In this document: piece by piece, positions 48,252 through 58,848 of the stretch
Layout of the letters: each line of letters begins with the position of its first letter
How positions within the stretch are numbered: the first letter of the stretch is position 1
DNA from: Alloascoidea hylecoeti
Lineage: Eukaryota
Direction of reading: 5' to 3'
Assembly: GCA_001600815.1 (NCBI GenBank)
Contig: BCKZ01000015.1
Location: 1-64,000 of the forward strand
DNA: 64,000 bases
Program-made: the position numbers and the translations under genes
The notes under the pieces: generated by a model
What the model was told of the DNA's origin: nothing
The model's database searches: none
What the model saw: only the letters and a program-made list of their open reading frames with translations

Positions 48252-48882
48252 CTTCTCTTTTAATTTTCTGATGATGTTTAACGATTTACATTCTTATAAT
48301 TAATATTCATATATTCCCTTTAAGGATCAAAATTCTTTAACTTTACTAAATCTTCTGGTTGTAGTTAATTTTATAGAGACTTACATGTATATACAATCAA
48401 AATTAATTACAACAATATATGCTATAGATTGATCCCCCTTTCAATTGCAAACTTATAAGTAAATAAAATCTAAGATTTTGGAAATGATGCACCAGATATA
48501 TAAGTTACAGTATGGCTAAGAACTACCGCGAATGCTATGCAGTGTGCACCTAATTTAGTGACTATACATACTGTTTTACCGGTATACTTTTAGTTAATGT
48601 TACAATAACTATTTTTACAATAAATGTCATGTTTTACGAGCTTTAAGTATACCACATACATGTATATAGTAATGTTAATACATGTGTAATTTATATATCG
48701 AAATTAACATAAATTTTAATTAGTACTAATTATAAAACAGTTTGAATTTGACCCACCATCCTAATAATAATAATAATATAAAAAAGAGGTAATATATAAA
48801 TATACCATTGCGAAAGAGAGGAGCTAAAAATAAATTACAGTAGAAGGTAAAGCAATAAAAATAAGAATAAATAATAAATAAA

Positions 48883-51648
48883 TTATCCTAAAAGTTTTTC
48901 GATTTCCTTCTTTCTTAATTCTAAAATATCTTCCATCTTAACAACACTATCAAACTCTTTTAGATATTTTAATATTTTATCAACATCAAGTTCATTCATT
49001 CGTTCGTTATTATGATTGTTTATTCGATTTTTACTTTTTAATGAATGTCTTTGATTTTGTGTATACTTCAAAAATATCATATAAATTTCTCCCTCATCAT
49101 TAACCTTTCTATCCAAAATTAAATTTTCAAAACATTTAAATATGGATAAACTTAATTTAAATAAAAAACTTTCATTATTCTCAATACACCAGAAGATATC
49201 CCATAATCTGAATAATGAATCAATTGGTAAGAAATCAATAAAACATGTTAGAAACCAATTAAATGTAATTGCCTCAATATTAATATTTAGTCTTATAAAC
49301 TTATTATAAACATTTGGTAAATATCTTTTTAAATAATGATGTTGTAAAATTAACTGATCAGCTCTTAAATTTAATAATGGTGGATTAAAATAATCATTCG
49401 GTAAAAAGGATTCAATTAAATTCTTCAATGCCCAAAATGCATCTTCCTCGGTTATAAAAGTTAATAATAAAACAGCAGAAATCATATTCATACCTTGACA
49501 ATAACCAATTTTTGGATTAGATTTTGAAAAGGCAATCAAAACTCTTCTTAATTTTTTGATACCTGGTCCATTATTAGCAAAAAATACATTATAAGGCATT
49601 GTACGGTATAAATCTAAATCAATTTGACTCTCTGCTGCTGAATTGTCATTATCATTCGAAGCATCTGATAAAAGCAATGAATCATAATATCCGGGGATTT
49701 TTAAACTTAATGAACCAGAACATTCAAACCAAAGTTGTCTTCTATATTCCATTGGAATACCATTATAAACTAATTTGTTGAAATCTTTTTTAAAAAGTTT
49801 ATAATTGTCAATTTTGTTTGCTTGTCTTCCTAATAGTTCAGAATCGATATAATTATAGAACTTATTAGTATTTTCATTATTTTCGACATCATCTTTATTA
49901 ACCAGGTTAGAATTATCATCAATCTTATTAATGGCAGGATTATTATTAAGGTGATTTTTTCTTAATTTCAATAAAAATTCATCCCATTTTAATTTTTGTT
50001 CTTTTTGATAAGTATCATGTAATTCAGCCAAATGAGATAAAAGTTTCATAGCAGTATAGCCGTTTACACTCAAAGTTGGGCTTTTAGTTGAATTTCTAAA
50101 TGATTGATTTTCAATTTCAGTTTCATTAGCATAATAAGTATTATCATTGTCATTGTGGATTTCATTTTCATTTTCATTTTCATTTTCATTTTCAAGATCA
50201 ATATCAATTGGGTCAACATCATTAGTGAATATATTATCTAAGCTATGACTTGATTCTGAACCAACATGAAATGAATTTGAAAAAGTCCCGTTTGAAATAA
50301 TGGAGGAAGAAATTTGATTTCCATATGTTGTTGTAGGATCTAATTTCACTATTGGATCTGATTTTTGATTTTCTCGATTGGAATTAATAATGGTAGTGGA
50401 ATTAGAATTGTTACTACGAAGTAAATGCATATGAGTTGCATCGGAATGAACTAAAGAGGATCGTGATAGAGATCGATTATTATGATTTCTATCATAGTCA
50501 TTTAATAGATGTAGATCCTCATCGTTTGAAAATATCGAGGAGACAAATGATGGAGGCTTATTAGATGATGGAGGGGGTACCTGGCTTAGTGTCGGCGCTT
50601 GATTATTTGATTTAATATTCTTGGCCGTATTTGGTGAGGCTTTGGGTATTTTCCGATCATATATAAACCCATATTTATCACGAAGAACATGTTGATTTAT
50701 TTTATCTTTGTCGGAATATGTATAATTGTAAATATTATTAGGGACAAGAGTCGGTGGCTGGGACTCCAAGGGATAAATTTGATCTAATTCAACGGGTAAT
50801 ATATCAGATACTATAGTTTGTGTTGTTGTGGCAGATTTGGTTTTGATTATTGATTTTTGAGGCAAATCTGTTATATTTGAGGGATTTGCTAATGCAGATG
50901 CTGCTGATAAAGAAAGTGACTTATATTTTTGGTTTTGTTCGGTATTTGAAGCTGTTTGTTTGGTAAGATTAAAGGTTGGCGGAGTTGGTGAAGAAACGGC
51001 ATAATGTCTTCCTAAATGTATATCGTCTTTCTGGTTATCTCCAGATATTATAGAAGAGTTGCTGCTGCTACTGGCGCTATTCCAAAAAGAACCAAACCAG
51101 GAATTTGACGATTTTGTTGTATTTCCTTGGGGTCGATTTAAGTGGTTCTGTTTGAGAGCTTTTGGTGTCTGTTCAAGTTCAGCCAACGGATGTTGATTTT
51201 CATCTTCAATGGCATCTTTTAAAAGATCGTCTAACATCAACTTCTTTTTTCCTGAAGTCTTCTTTCCTTCGTTAAGTAACCTCTTATCAATATCAACTAG
51301 TGAAACCTCGCATTCTACTAACATTTTCTTTAATATCCGTTCTTTCTCCTCGTGTGACTTTCTCAAAACGTACAGTTCTGCCTCAGTGTTGGCAAGATCT
51401 CTTGCTAATCTTCTAACTACATTAATTGCTCCTTGACGTTCCATAAGATTTGTTAAAGAAGAGTCGGATAAAAGATGTAAATTCCCCGGAACATTTCTTG
51501 GATCTATTTCATCAAATAATCCGATTTGTTGTTGTTGATCTTCTTCCTCTTTTTTACGCACCTTGTAAACAGCTGCAACTTCATTAAGAGGGTCCTTCAC
51601 ACTTAAACTGCTTATTGTGGTTTTCCCGTTTAACAGGGAATCTGTCAT
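48883..51648 (-). CDS. TBC-domain Rab GTPase-activating protein
   Basis: GIPMEYRRQLW, QIDLDLYRT (Arg finger), GYCQGMN (Gln finger), EEDAFW, FNWFLTCF, LFRLWDIF. Confidence 0.92.
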   Translation of the reverse strand: MTDSLLNGKTTISSLSVKDPLNEVAAVYKVRKKEEEDQQQQIGLFDEIDPRNVPGNLHLLSDSSLTNLMERQGAINVVRRLARDLANTEAELYVLRKSHEEKERILKKMLVECEVSLVDIDKRLLNEGKKTSGKKKLMLDDLLKDAIEDENQHPLAELEQTPKALKQNHLNRPQGNTTKSSNSWFGSFWNSASSSSNSSIISGDNQKDDIHLGRHYAVSSPTPPTFNLTKQTASNTEQNQKYKSLSLSAASALANPSNITDLPQKSIIKTKSATTTQTIVSDILPVELDQIYPLESQPPTLVPNNIYNYTYSDKDKINQHVLRDKYGFIYDRKIPKASPNTAKNIKSNNQAPTLSQVPPPSSNKPPSFVSSIFSNDEDLHLLNDYDRNHNNRSLSRSSLVHSDATHMHLLRSNNSNSTTIINSNRENQKSDPIVKLDPTTTYGNQISSSIISNGTFSNSFHVGSESSHSLDNIFTNDVDPIDIDLENENENENENEIHNDNDNTYYANETEIENQSFRNSTKSPTLSVNGYTAMKLLSHLAELHDTYQKEQKLKWDEFLLKLRKNHLNNNPAINKIDDNSNLVNKDDVENNENTNKFYNYIDSELLGRQANKIDNYKLFKKDFNKLVYNGIPMEYRRQLWFECSGSLSLKIPGYYDSLLLSDASNDNDNSAAESQIDLDLYRTMPYNVFFANNGPGIKKLRRVLIAFSKSNPKIGYCQGMNMISAVLLLTFITEEDAFWALKNLIESFLPNDYFNPPLLNLRADQLILQHHYLKRYLPNVYNKFIRLNINIEAITFNWFLTCFIDFLPIDSLFRLWDIFWCIENNESFLFKLSLSIFKCFENLILDRKVNDEGEIYMIFLKYTQNQRHSLKSKNRINNHNNERMNELDVDKILKYLKEFDSVVKMEDILELRKKEIEKLLG

Positions 51649-51793
51649 CTTTTATACCGTCCCAAGAAATGGAGAAACCGCTTGCTAATGCGCTTTGTGG
51701 TAAACCGATGTCACATGATCCGTCAGTTTCGACAATCATTTAATACTTCTCCACGAAAGTACAAAAGTACAAAAGTATCATAAGAAATGGAAA

Positions 51794-52504
51794 ATGCCAT
51801 TTAAAAGTAATCCTTGGCCTTTTTTGATAAAAAATGAGTTCAGTACTTCGAGGAGAAGGACCAAAAATCTCTATTATATCTATGACTGTAGGTATTATTC
51901 ATATAGATTCCTAGATCTTGAGCTAACATTACTAATATAATATCTTGCAGTATATAAAATCCAACAAGAGTATTCGATACCAAACACATCATTTAGTGGG
52001 AATACAAATTTAATAGGAACAGCAGAAGACAGAGCTAAAGCTGTATTTGGTACAGCGACTACTGGTGCAGAACGTGCAAATAGAGCCAAAATTGAAGCCC
52101 AAAACGAAACAAAACCACACATAATTGCTGGAATAACGATACCACCAAAACCATCTGAACCGGAGGATTGTTGTATGAGCGGATGTGTTAATTGCGTTTG
52201 GAATGTGTTCAGAGATGATTTAGAAGAATGGCAAGCAGCAAGAAAAGAGGTTGCCAAAAAATTATTAAAAATGGGCCAAGATTGGCCAAAAGAATCAGGT
52301 CTCGAACCTCCAAAATTCTTCGAACAGCAGCTATTGGAGATGAAAAATAATAAAGGTACCCAAAAATCGCATAGCGAAATTGAAAACTTGGCAGAGGAAC
52401 ATCAAGAAGATGAATGGGAAGGAATCGATCCAAGTACAAGGGCATTTATGGAAACAGAAAGAAAATTAAAGGCAAAAAAGTCACAAATGGCTCAACATGC
52501 TTAA
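51794..52504 (+). CDS. Oxidoreductase-like domain protein (UPF0651/OXLD1-like), probably mitochondrial; exons 51794-51887, 51951-52504
   Basis: IAGITIPPKPSEPEDCCMSGCVNCVW motif. Intron GTAGGT...CTAAC/CTAAT...CAG gives an in-frame N-terminus containing FSTSRRR. The exon 1 start is less certain. Confidence 0.8.
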
Positions 52505-52681
52505 ACTAATATATTTAAAACATATTCCATAAAACATTTTTTATCTTATCTTATATCATTTCTTTCATTTGATGTTCTCTTTTCATTATCATATTAATAT
52601 TAATATTAAGCATATACACAATTTAAACTCCTGTATAATACCAAATTATAAATTATAAATTATATTGTGAATTGTATAAAT

Positions 52682-53100
52682 TTAATCAACATCAACTCCC
52701 TTAGATCTTAAATCTTCTTTGGCAATATCAATTTCCTATATATTTGAATATCATTAGTTTTACATTTAAAAGAATATTTGGATATAATCCTATAACTTAC
52801 CTTTAATAATTCATGATATTTATCTTCTTTATCTTTAAATGTCAAAATTCCAACACCTAGATTTGCCAATGAATAAGATCCGAATGATACTAGAGCCCAG
52901 AATGGTAACTGATTTAATTAGCATGTTAATTATTATTAATTCATCATCAAGAAAATAATTCAAATAAGATTGGTATGCCTTACAATTGGTATAATCTCAG
53001 ATTTAATAAGATCATTCGTTGGAATAACACCGACCAACAATCCAAAATATATAGAAGATAATGTGAAAAGTGTTAAAGCTGCTTGGGTTGCTTTCGTCAT
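52682..53100 (-). CDS. DPM3: Dolichol-phosphate mannosyltransferase subunit 3; exons 53100-52984, 52908-52801, 52735-52682
   Basis: Spliced 92-aa protein MTKATQ...EIIPI|LPFWALVSFGSYSLANLGVGILTFKDKEDKYHELLK|EIDIAKEDLRSKGVDVD, with two GT-AG introns. Confidence 0.92.
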
Positions 53101-53801
53101 TGTTATAAGATGGACTGTGTCAAAAGAAAAGAAACACGTTGTTAAATTGATGATTGGTGTATGGGTGTTAAGACAAGCTTGACAGTATCTCTGAATTGGA
53201 AATGGAAGTTGACATGCCAATATTATAGTTATAGTTATAATTAATTATTATTTGATTCTGAAGAATAAATCTGTGATAAAATGTGATCTTTTGCAATTCT
53301 GATACATAATCTGTTTGTAGGACCAAGTGATATATACGGTATATAATAAACATTATGGTTCATAATTTTCATACTTTTTATAATTATAAAGTACTAGCTT
53401 CTTTTGAATTATCGAGGACAAGTTTCTTCTTATATATGTAGGTAGGTTTTGATCGATTTAATTGCAGTAAAAGTATTCTTTCTCATATATTTACTCTTGT
53501 ATTTACATAGATAAAAATCCAACCTTTAAATTTCACAAGTGTACTGTGAACATTAGGTTCTGTTTATAATACTATTTCATTAAGTGCAACTGCAAATGAA
53601 AACATAAAAATTTTCTACAAACTTATACTAATTGAAATATTATTCCTCAGTATTATTTTTCATATTCAGACTTATTCAAGGATCAAGATTCAAGTGTTTA
53701 TCGGCGCTAAATATATAGAAGTCATAATCTTGTTTATTAGAAAGTATATATTTTTTCGAAAGGTCATAAATCGTTATTCAGAATTAGAAAAGAGAGAAAC
53801 A

Positions 53802-54998
53802 AAAAAAAGTGGCTCTCATATTTAAACTATAAACGCAATTAATAACCACATTGATTTGGGTATTTACGATCTGTTAGTGGTTGTGGAAATAAATCATATT
53901 CTATCAATGTATCAATAGTCCATTCAGCTGAACGTTCGGTTTTGAATGTCCAAAATATCCATCCAGCACCTTGTTCATAAGCATCCATTTGTGCTTCAAC
54001 AAACTTTCTAGTATTGATTTTCTTTTCCTCACTCCATTCAAATATATCATTAATTCGCGCACAACTGCCTATGTAAGCAGCACTATTACCTCCCTTTGTA
54101 CCATCATAAACACTGCCAATACCAACACCACCATCAATCCATCTTGTGCAATCGGTCATTGCAGCAGACCACTCACCAGTAATAGTTGTGAGAGTCAAAT
54201 TCTTAATATCTCTACCTGCTTGACAAGCATTTTCAACAAAGCCATCAATAGTTAATGATTTATTTGTTTGGGTAAATTGATATCTATGGGTGTCCATAAT
54301 AACATTAGTATATTCAGGAGAAGACATATAATCATTCCAGTAAAAGGTGTAATTATCTTTCATGTATAAATAACCATCATGAAGTATAATTGTAGCGTTA
54401 GAAACATTTCTGATAGCATCATAGCTATCTTCATAAAATGATTTAAGGTAGTCAGCACCATAATATNTNGCATNTGGTTCATTAACGAGTTCGATGCCAG
54501 CAACAACATCTTCATAATCAGATTGTCCATATTTTTCTGCAATCTCTGTTAAAACCTTTACTGATAACGTCATATTATCTCCATACCATTCACGAACATC
54601 CCTAAGACCCGAATTATCATAGCCATTTTGAGAACCAGGTTGACCATGAACATCGATCCAAACCTTTAACCCTGCATCCCTAGACCATTCAAGTGCCTTG
54701 TCCAAATAATCAGCAGCACCTTGGATAAATGGATCAGTATCACGAAGTTCGAATGCCCAATATCCAATTGGTATTCTAACTGTATTAAATCCATATTCTG
54801 CAATTCTATAAAAATCACTTTGTCTATAAAATGTATCCCAATGTTTATTCATCACAATTTTTGCTTCTTCTTCCCCTAAATATTCACATAAATGATATTC
54901 ATCAACTGGAACAGTATCATTGAAAGCTTCAAACAAAGAAGGAGTGATCCATGGCTCCAAGACAAACCAACCACCAAGATTTACCCCCCTTGTCACAT
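53802..54998 (-). repeat. Right arm of the inverted repeat with 47064..48251
   Basis: The reverse complement is identical over long stretches I checked, including the same three N positions. Confidence 0.92.
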
Positions 54999-55205
54999 CG
55001 GTTGAGCTAGAATTAGTATCTCTTTTCTTGATATCGATGTTGCTAATAAAATAATTGTACGTTAGTCTCATATTCATTCGCTTCCATTACAACTATAGCA
55101 ATTAAAGCAGTTATTCATAAATTTTATGACATACATTGGGGCGGCATTAGAGCCAGCCACAACAATAAGTAAAGAAGTTCCAAAGGCTAAGAGTTTTTTA
55201 AACAT
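53839..55205 (-). CDS. Secreted GH5 exo-beta-1,3-glucanase, Exg1-like (copy C); exons 55205-55135, 55042-53839
   Basis: Signal exon [24 protein letters not shown], intron GTATGT...GACTAAC...TAG, Kex2-like KKR site; the catalytic domain is almost identical to copy B. Confidence 0.92.
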
Positions 55206-57739
55206 TATATTTTTGAATTTGTCAATTGCAATCTCTTTAGATTTGCAGGCCTATATATAGCTGGTGGTACATGTAATTATGTAATTACTAATTAGTAATA
55301 TCCGACCTATAAATTGATTTCAAGCCCTGATTTTATGTTTTTGTGCTGTAGGTAGTATAATTATAAATGACTGTAGATGTACACAAATCAGCTGTATGAT
55401 TTTGATAGTTAACCATGATTAACATTTCTTAGGATTAGTTCTAACTTCTAAGGAAACATTTTGTATACGTCGTACGTGATCTAAAATCATCGAAACATTA
55501 ATTGATACTATACGCGTCATATACAATTGCAATAATCATAAGATTTTCATCACCAGTTTCTCTAGTCTATAGATCTCTTGTTATGGTAGATTTAGCTAAG
55601 CGCTGGGAAATTACTGAAGTGTACATTGTACGGTATATGCCTAAATTTACGTATCCGCTTGTAATCAGTCAAATCTGGAGAAAAAGTTCAGATAGTACGT
55701 TTATGTATAACATTTTATATCTTTGTGAACGGACTTCTCGTATTGTAAAATCCCGTTCAATTTTCCGATTGCTACTATTTATTAAAATAATCATACTCGG
55801 AACAACTTCCAATTGTTCCGGTGATCTGGGTATAATAATCCTGGTATATGCATAAAACATATATATAGTCAAATTTTGAATATTCCGGAGTGCATATATG
55901 CATATATTATACTGTTTTATACAGTATTATACACAGAGGTTAATCCGGGAGCGATAAATTCTTAGCTGATTTCGAATTCTAAATTCTTGCACTAAATTAA
56001 TCTCTAAATGCTAAAAACTATACAGGGCCTACAGGTAAATAGAACTAGACCCTAATCATGAGTTAGTTTCGGTTGTAAATGAAAGCACTCAATTTTAAAG
56101 AATATCGCGAAGAAGAGGAAACTTTTATCCTTTTTGGCAATAACGTTAATCGTGGCTGGTGCACTGACATTTAGTTTTATATTTGATCACTTATTGATTA
56201 TTCATTAATTATATTAATATTCCAATTTTGAATAAGATCTACTATGTGGGTGATCGTGATATCCCTTTTATTTATATTTTATATAATATATGGCTAGTGG
56301 TATAATATTATATTAAGTTAGTGTTCAAGTCAGTTAAAACTAATTATAATATGAATACTGCAAATGTTTTGTTCCATAACCTTACATGTCAGGCAAGAGG
56401 AAATTATATATTAACGGACGAAGTCTCACTATATAAGTTATACGTAATAGTGAGGTGACTCGTTCTTTTAGATAAATCCAGGACCCCGAACACTACTTAT
56501 TAGTACTCACTAAAAACCTCAATCGCCAGATGTTCTCAGTGCTTCTCACCATGATCATATTTGAAACAGAATTAACGCATATGAATCCTTTTATATATAA
56601 TTATTTAACCTTATAATATGTCCCTTCTCTGTATACAGCGCGCACGTTTGTATATCTTGTAATTGTGTGCATATATATTCAAAATTTCACACATGTATAT
56701 ACATGTCATCAATTGTAAAATAGTGATAATAAATATCTCTTTAATTAATCTTGCAATTAACTGATTTGGTGGTGATCATCAATGAATTGCATCTGAGCTT
56801 TAAATTTCCCAACACCCCTTTTTGATTCAGCACAACCAACAACCAACATCATCAAGGATGTTCGTGGATATATAAATTACAAACTCTACTATGTTCTTAT
56901 TTTTATTTTATCGGATTGCGTTGAGGTGGTATACGCGTCGTATGTTGAACTCAAATATAGACCTTTACCTTACTCCGTCCCAGAGATCGCTCCTTCGAGA
57001 TTTCAGCTTTAGCTGAATTCAGGATAAGTCCTTTTTGGTTATATAAATACTTTTCTTTCCTTTCTTTTTTGTTCCTCAAGCTTTCAATTTATAATTAGTA
57101 GTTATCTTAGATATCACTTAAGATCACCAATAGGATCTTAATTGTTTAAATTTACAATGGTATTTTAACAGAGTATTAACAATCGTTAAATATTTCATCT
57201 ATAACTCATATAATAATACTTTTGCTTTTCATTTACAATTACACAAAATATAATATAGGCATATACAAATCTCGCGACATCAAAGCATCAATAATATGCA
57301 CTAACAACATGGATAAATTACCCCATTACCCCCTAGGTCTCATGCACCTGATCGAAGGTTCAATCTTGACTTCTTAATCATATATGATGAACTTTTCTTA
57401 ACACCCCTGTTCGAAACTAACTCAACCTACTGCCAACAAAGATAAATAAAAATTCTGAAGATGTTAGCTAATAAATAATTGAAAAATAGAATCAATTTAA
57501 TTTTTTTCATTCATCCATTGGATTTCCATATAAAGTAATTCTGCAAATATGCATATCTGGATAGAGTAAATATGCATATGCGCAGTGTATTTAGAAGCAA
57601 TCGATATCCGGATCCGTCCTTGGTGAAATTATCAATACCTCCCATATGTAAGCAGGTTCATTTTAGATGATCATGATCACCGCACTAGTAATAAAATCCT
57701 CAAATTTACATATAATTTCCAATTAATACTCCCAAATAA

Positions 57740-58672
57740 TTTTTTTTTAACTTTTCATATATTTTCCAGTAAGATTATATAAGTAGAAACTATGCCAATT
57801 CTGAGGAAATCCATTATATATAGTAATAAAACCTCTTTTTCTATTCTCTTCATTTTTGTGTCTTGACTTCTTCTTTCTTCCCTAATTATTAACCTAGACC
57901 ACCTTAAAAGTAAATATTTTTGTTTTTTTCTTTATTAGAATCCCCCAATCAATCTCATTTAATATATTTTTTTTTTAACTTTTCATATATTTTCCAATTA
58001 AATTATATAACTAGAAACGATGTAAATTCTGAGGAAATCTCTATTATATATAGTGAAATAAAAACCTCTCTTTCTATTCTTCTTATTTTTGTGTATTCTT
58101 GACACTCTTCTCTCTTCCCTTCTTATGTACCTAGACCACCTTAAAAGTAATTTTTTTTTTTTTTTAGATATATTTTACTTTTTCAAGTTTTTAGATATTA
58201 GAATCCCCCAATCAATCTCATTTAATATTTGTGGTGGTGTTCCTGCAAATCTAATATTTTTCCTTAGCTCTAGTGCCTTTTTGATAAAAGCCCATTTTTT
58301 TCTATATGGTTATCTTTTGGATTTAAGATCAATAATTTGATCCCAATTCTATCGCTTCCTAACATCATCTTCTTTAGTATTCTTATGGTTGAGCAATCTT
58401 CAAATAGATGTAATATGTCGTCTTTACCTTGTTGACATAAACTACAAATATCAGATTTTTGCCACCATTGTTTTGCTTTTTTGTTAGGATGTAGTAGTGT
58501 GTGTCCCTGCAAATCTAATATTTTTTCCTTAGCTCTAGTGCCTTTTTGATAAAAAGCCCATTTTTTTCTATATTGTTTTCTTTTGTATTTATGATCAATA
58601 ATTTGATCCCTATTCTTTCTCTTCCTAACATCATCTTCTTTAGCACTCTTATTATTGAGCAATCTTCAAATA
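57740..58672 (-). mobile_element. Stack of three truncated non-LTR (L1-like) retrotransposon 3' fragments
   Basis: ORF2 C-terminal zinc knuckle CSLCQQGKDDILHLFEDC (CX2CX8HX4C), followed by KWAFIKKALELRKNIRF. Duplicated blocks 58503-58672 ~ 58240-58408 and 57740-57966 ~ 57967-58228. Two copies end in GAAAATATATGAAAAGTT plus a poly(A) run. Confidence 0.8.
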
Positions 58673-58765
58673 ACCCAAGCTGGGAAAATGTATTGGGAAG
58701 TGTGGTAAAGAGTGTTGACCTTAAAAATGTCACGACACAAAAATGTTTTACAAAAACAGAGAGTT

Positions 58766-58848
58766 GGAGGGTTGGCCGAGTGGTCTAAGGCGGCAGACTT
58801 AAGATCTGCTGGACGTTGTCCGCGCGAGTTCGAACCTCGCATCCTTCA
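58766..58848 (+). tRNA. tRNA-Leu (anticodon UAA), intronless, long variable arm
   Basis: GGAGGGT TGGCCGAGTGG (A box), anticodon arm GCAGA-CTTAAGA-TCTGC, GTTCGAACC (B box), ATCCTTCA, then a downstream T-tract terminator. Confidence 0.97.

Noticed and set aside
57740..58672. Direct repeats considered as a CRISPR-like array or an LTR pair
   Set aside because: The units are long and irregular, encode a LINE-type zinc knuckle and end in poly(A); there is no spacer periodicity or TG...CA termini.
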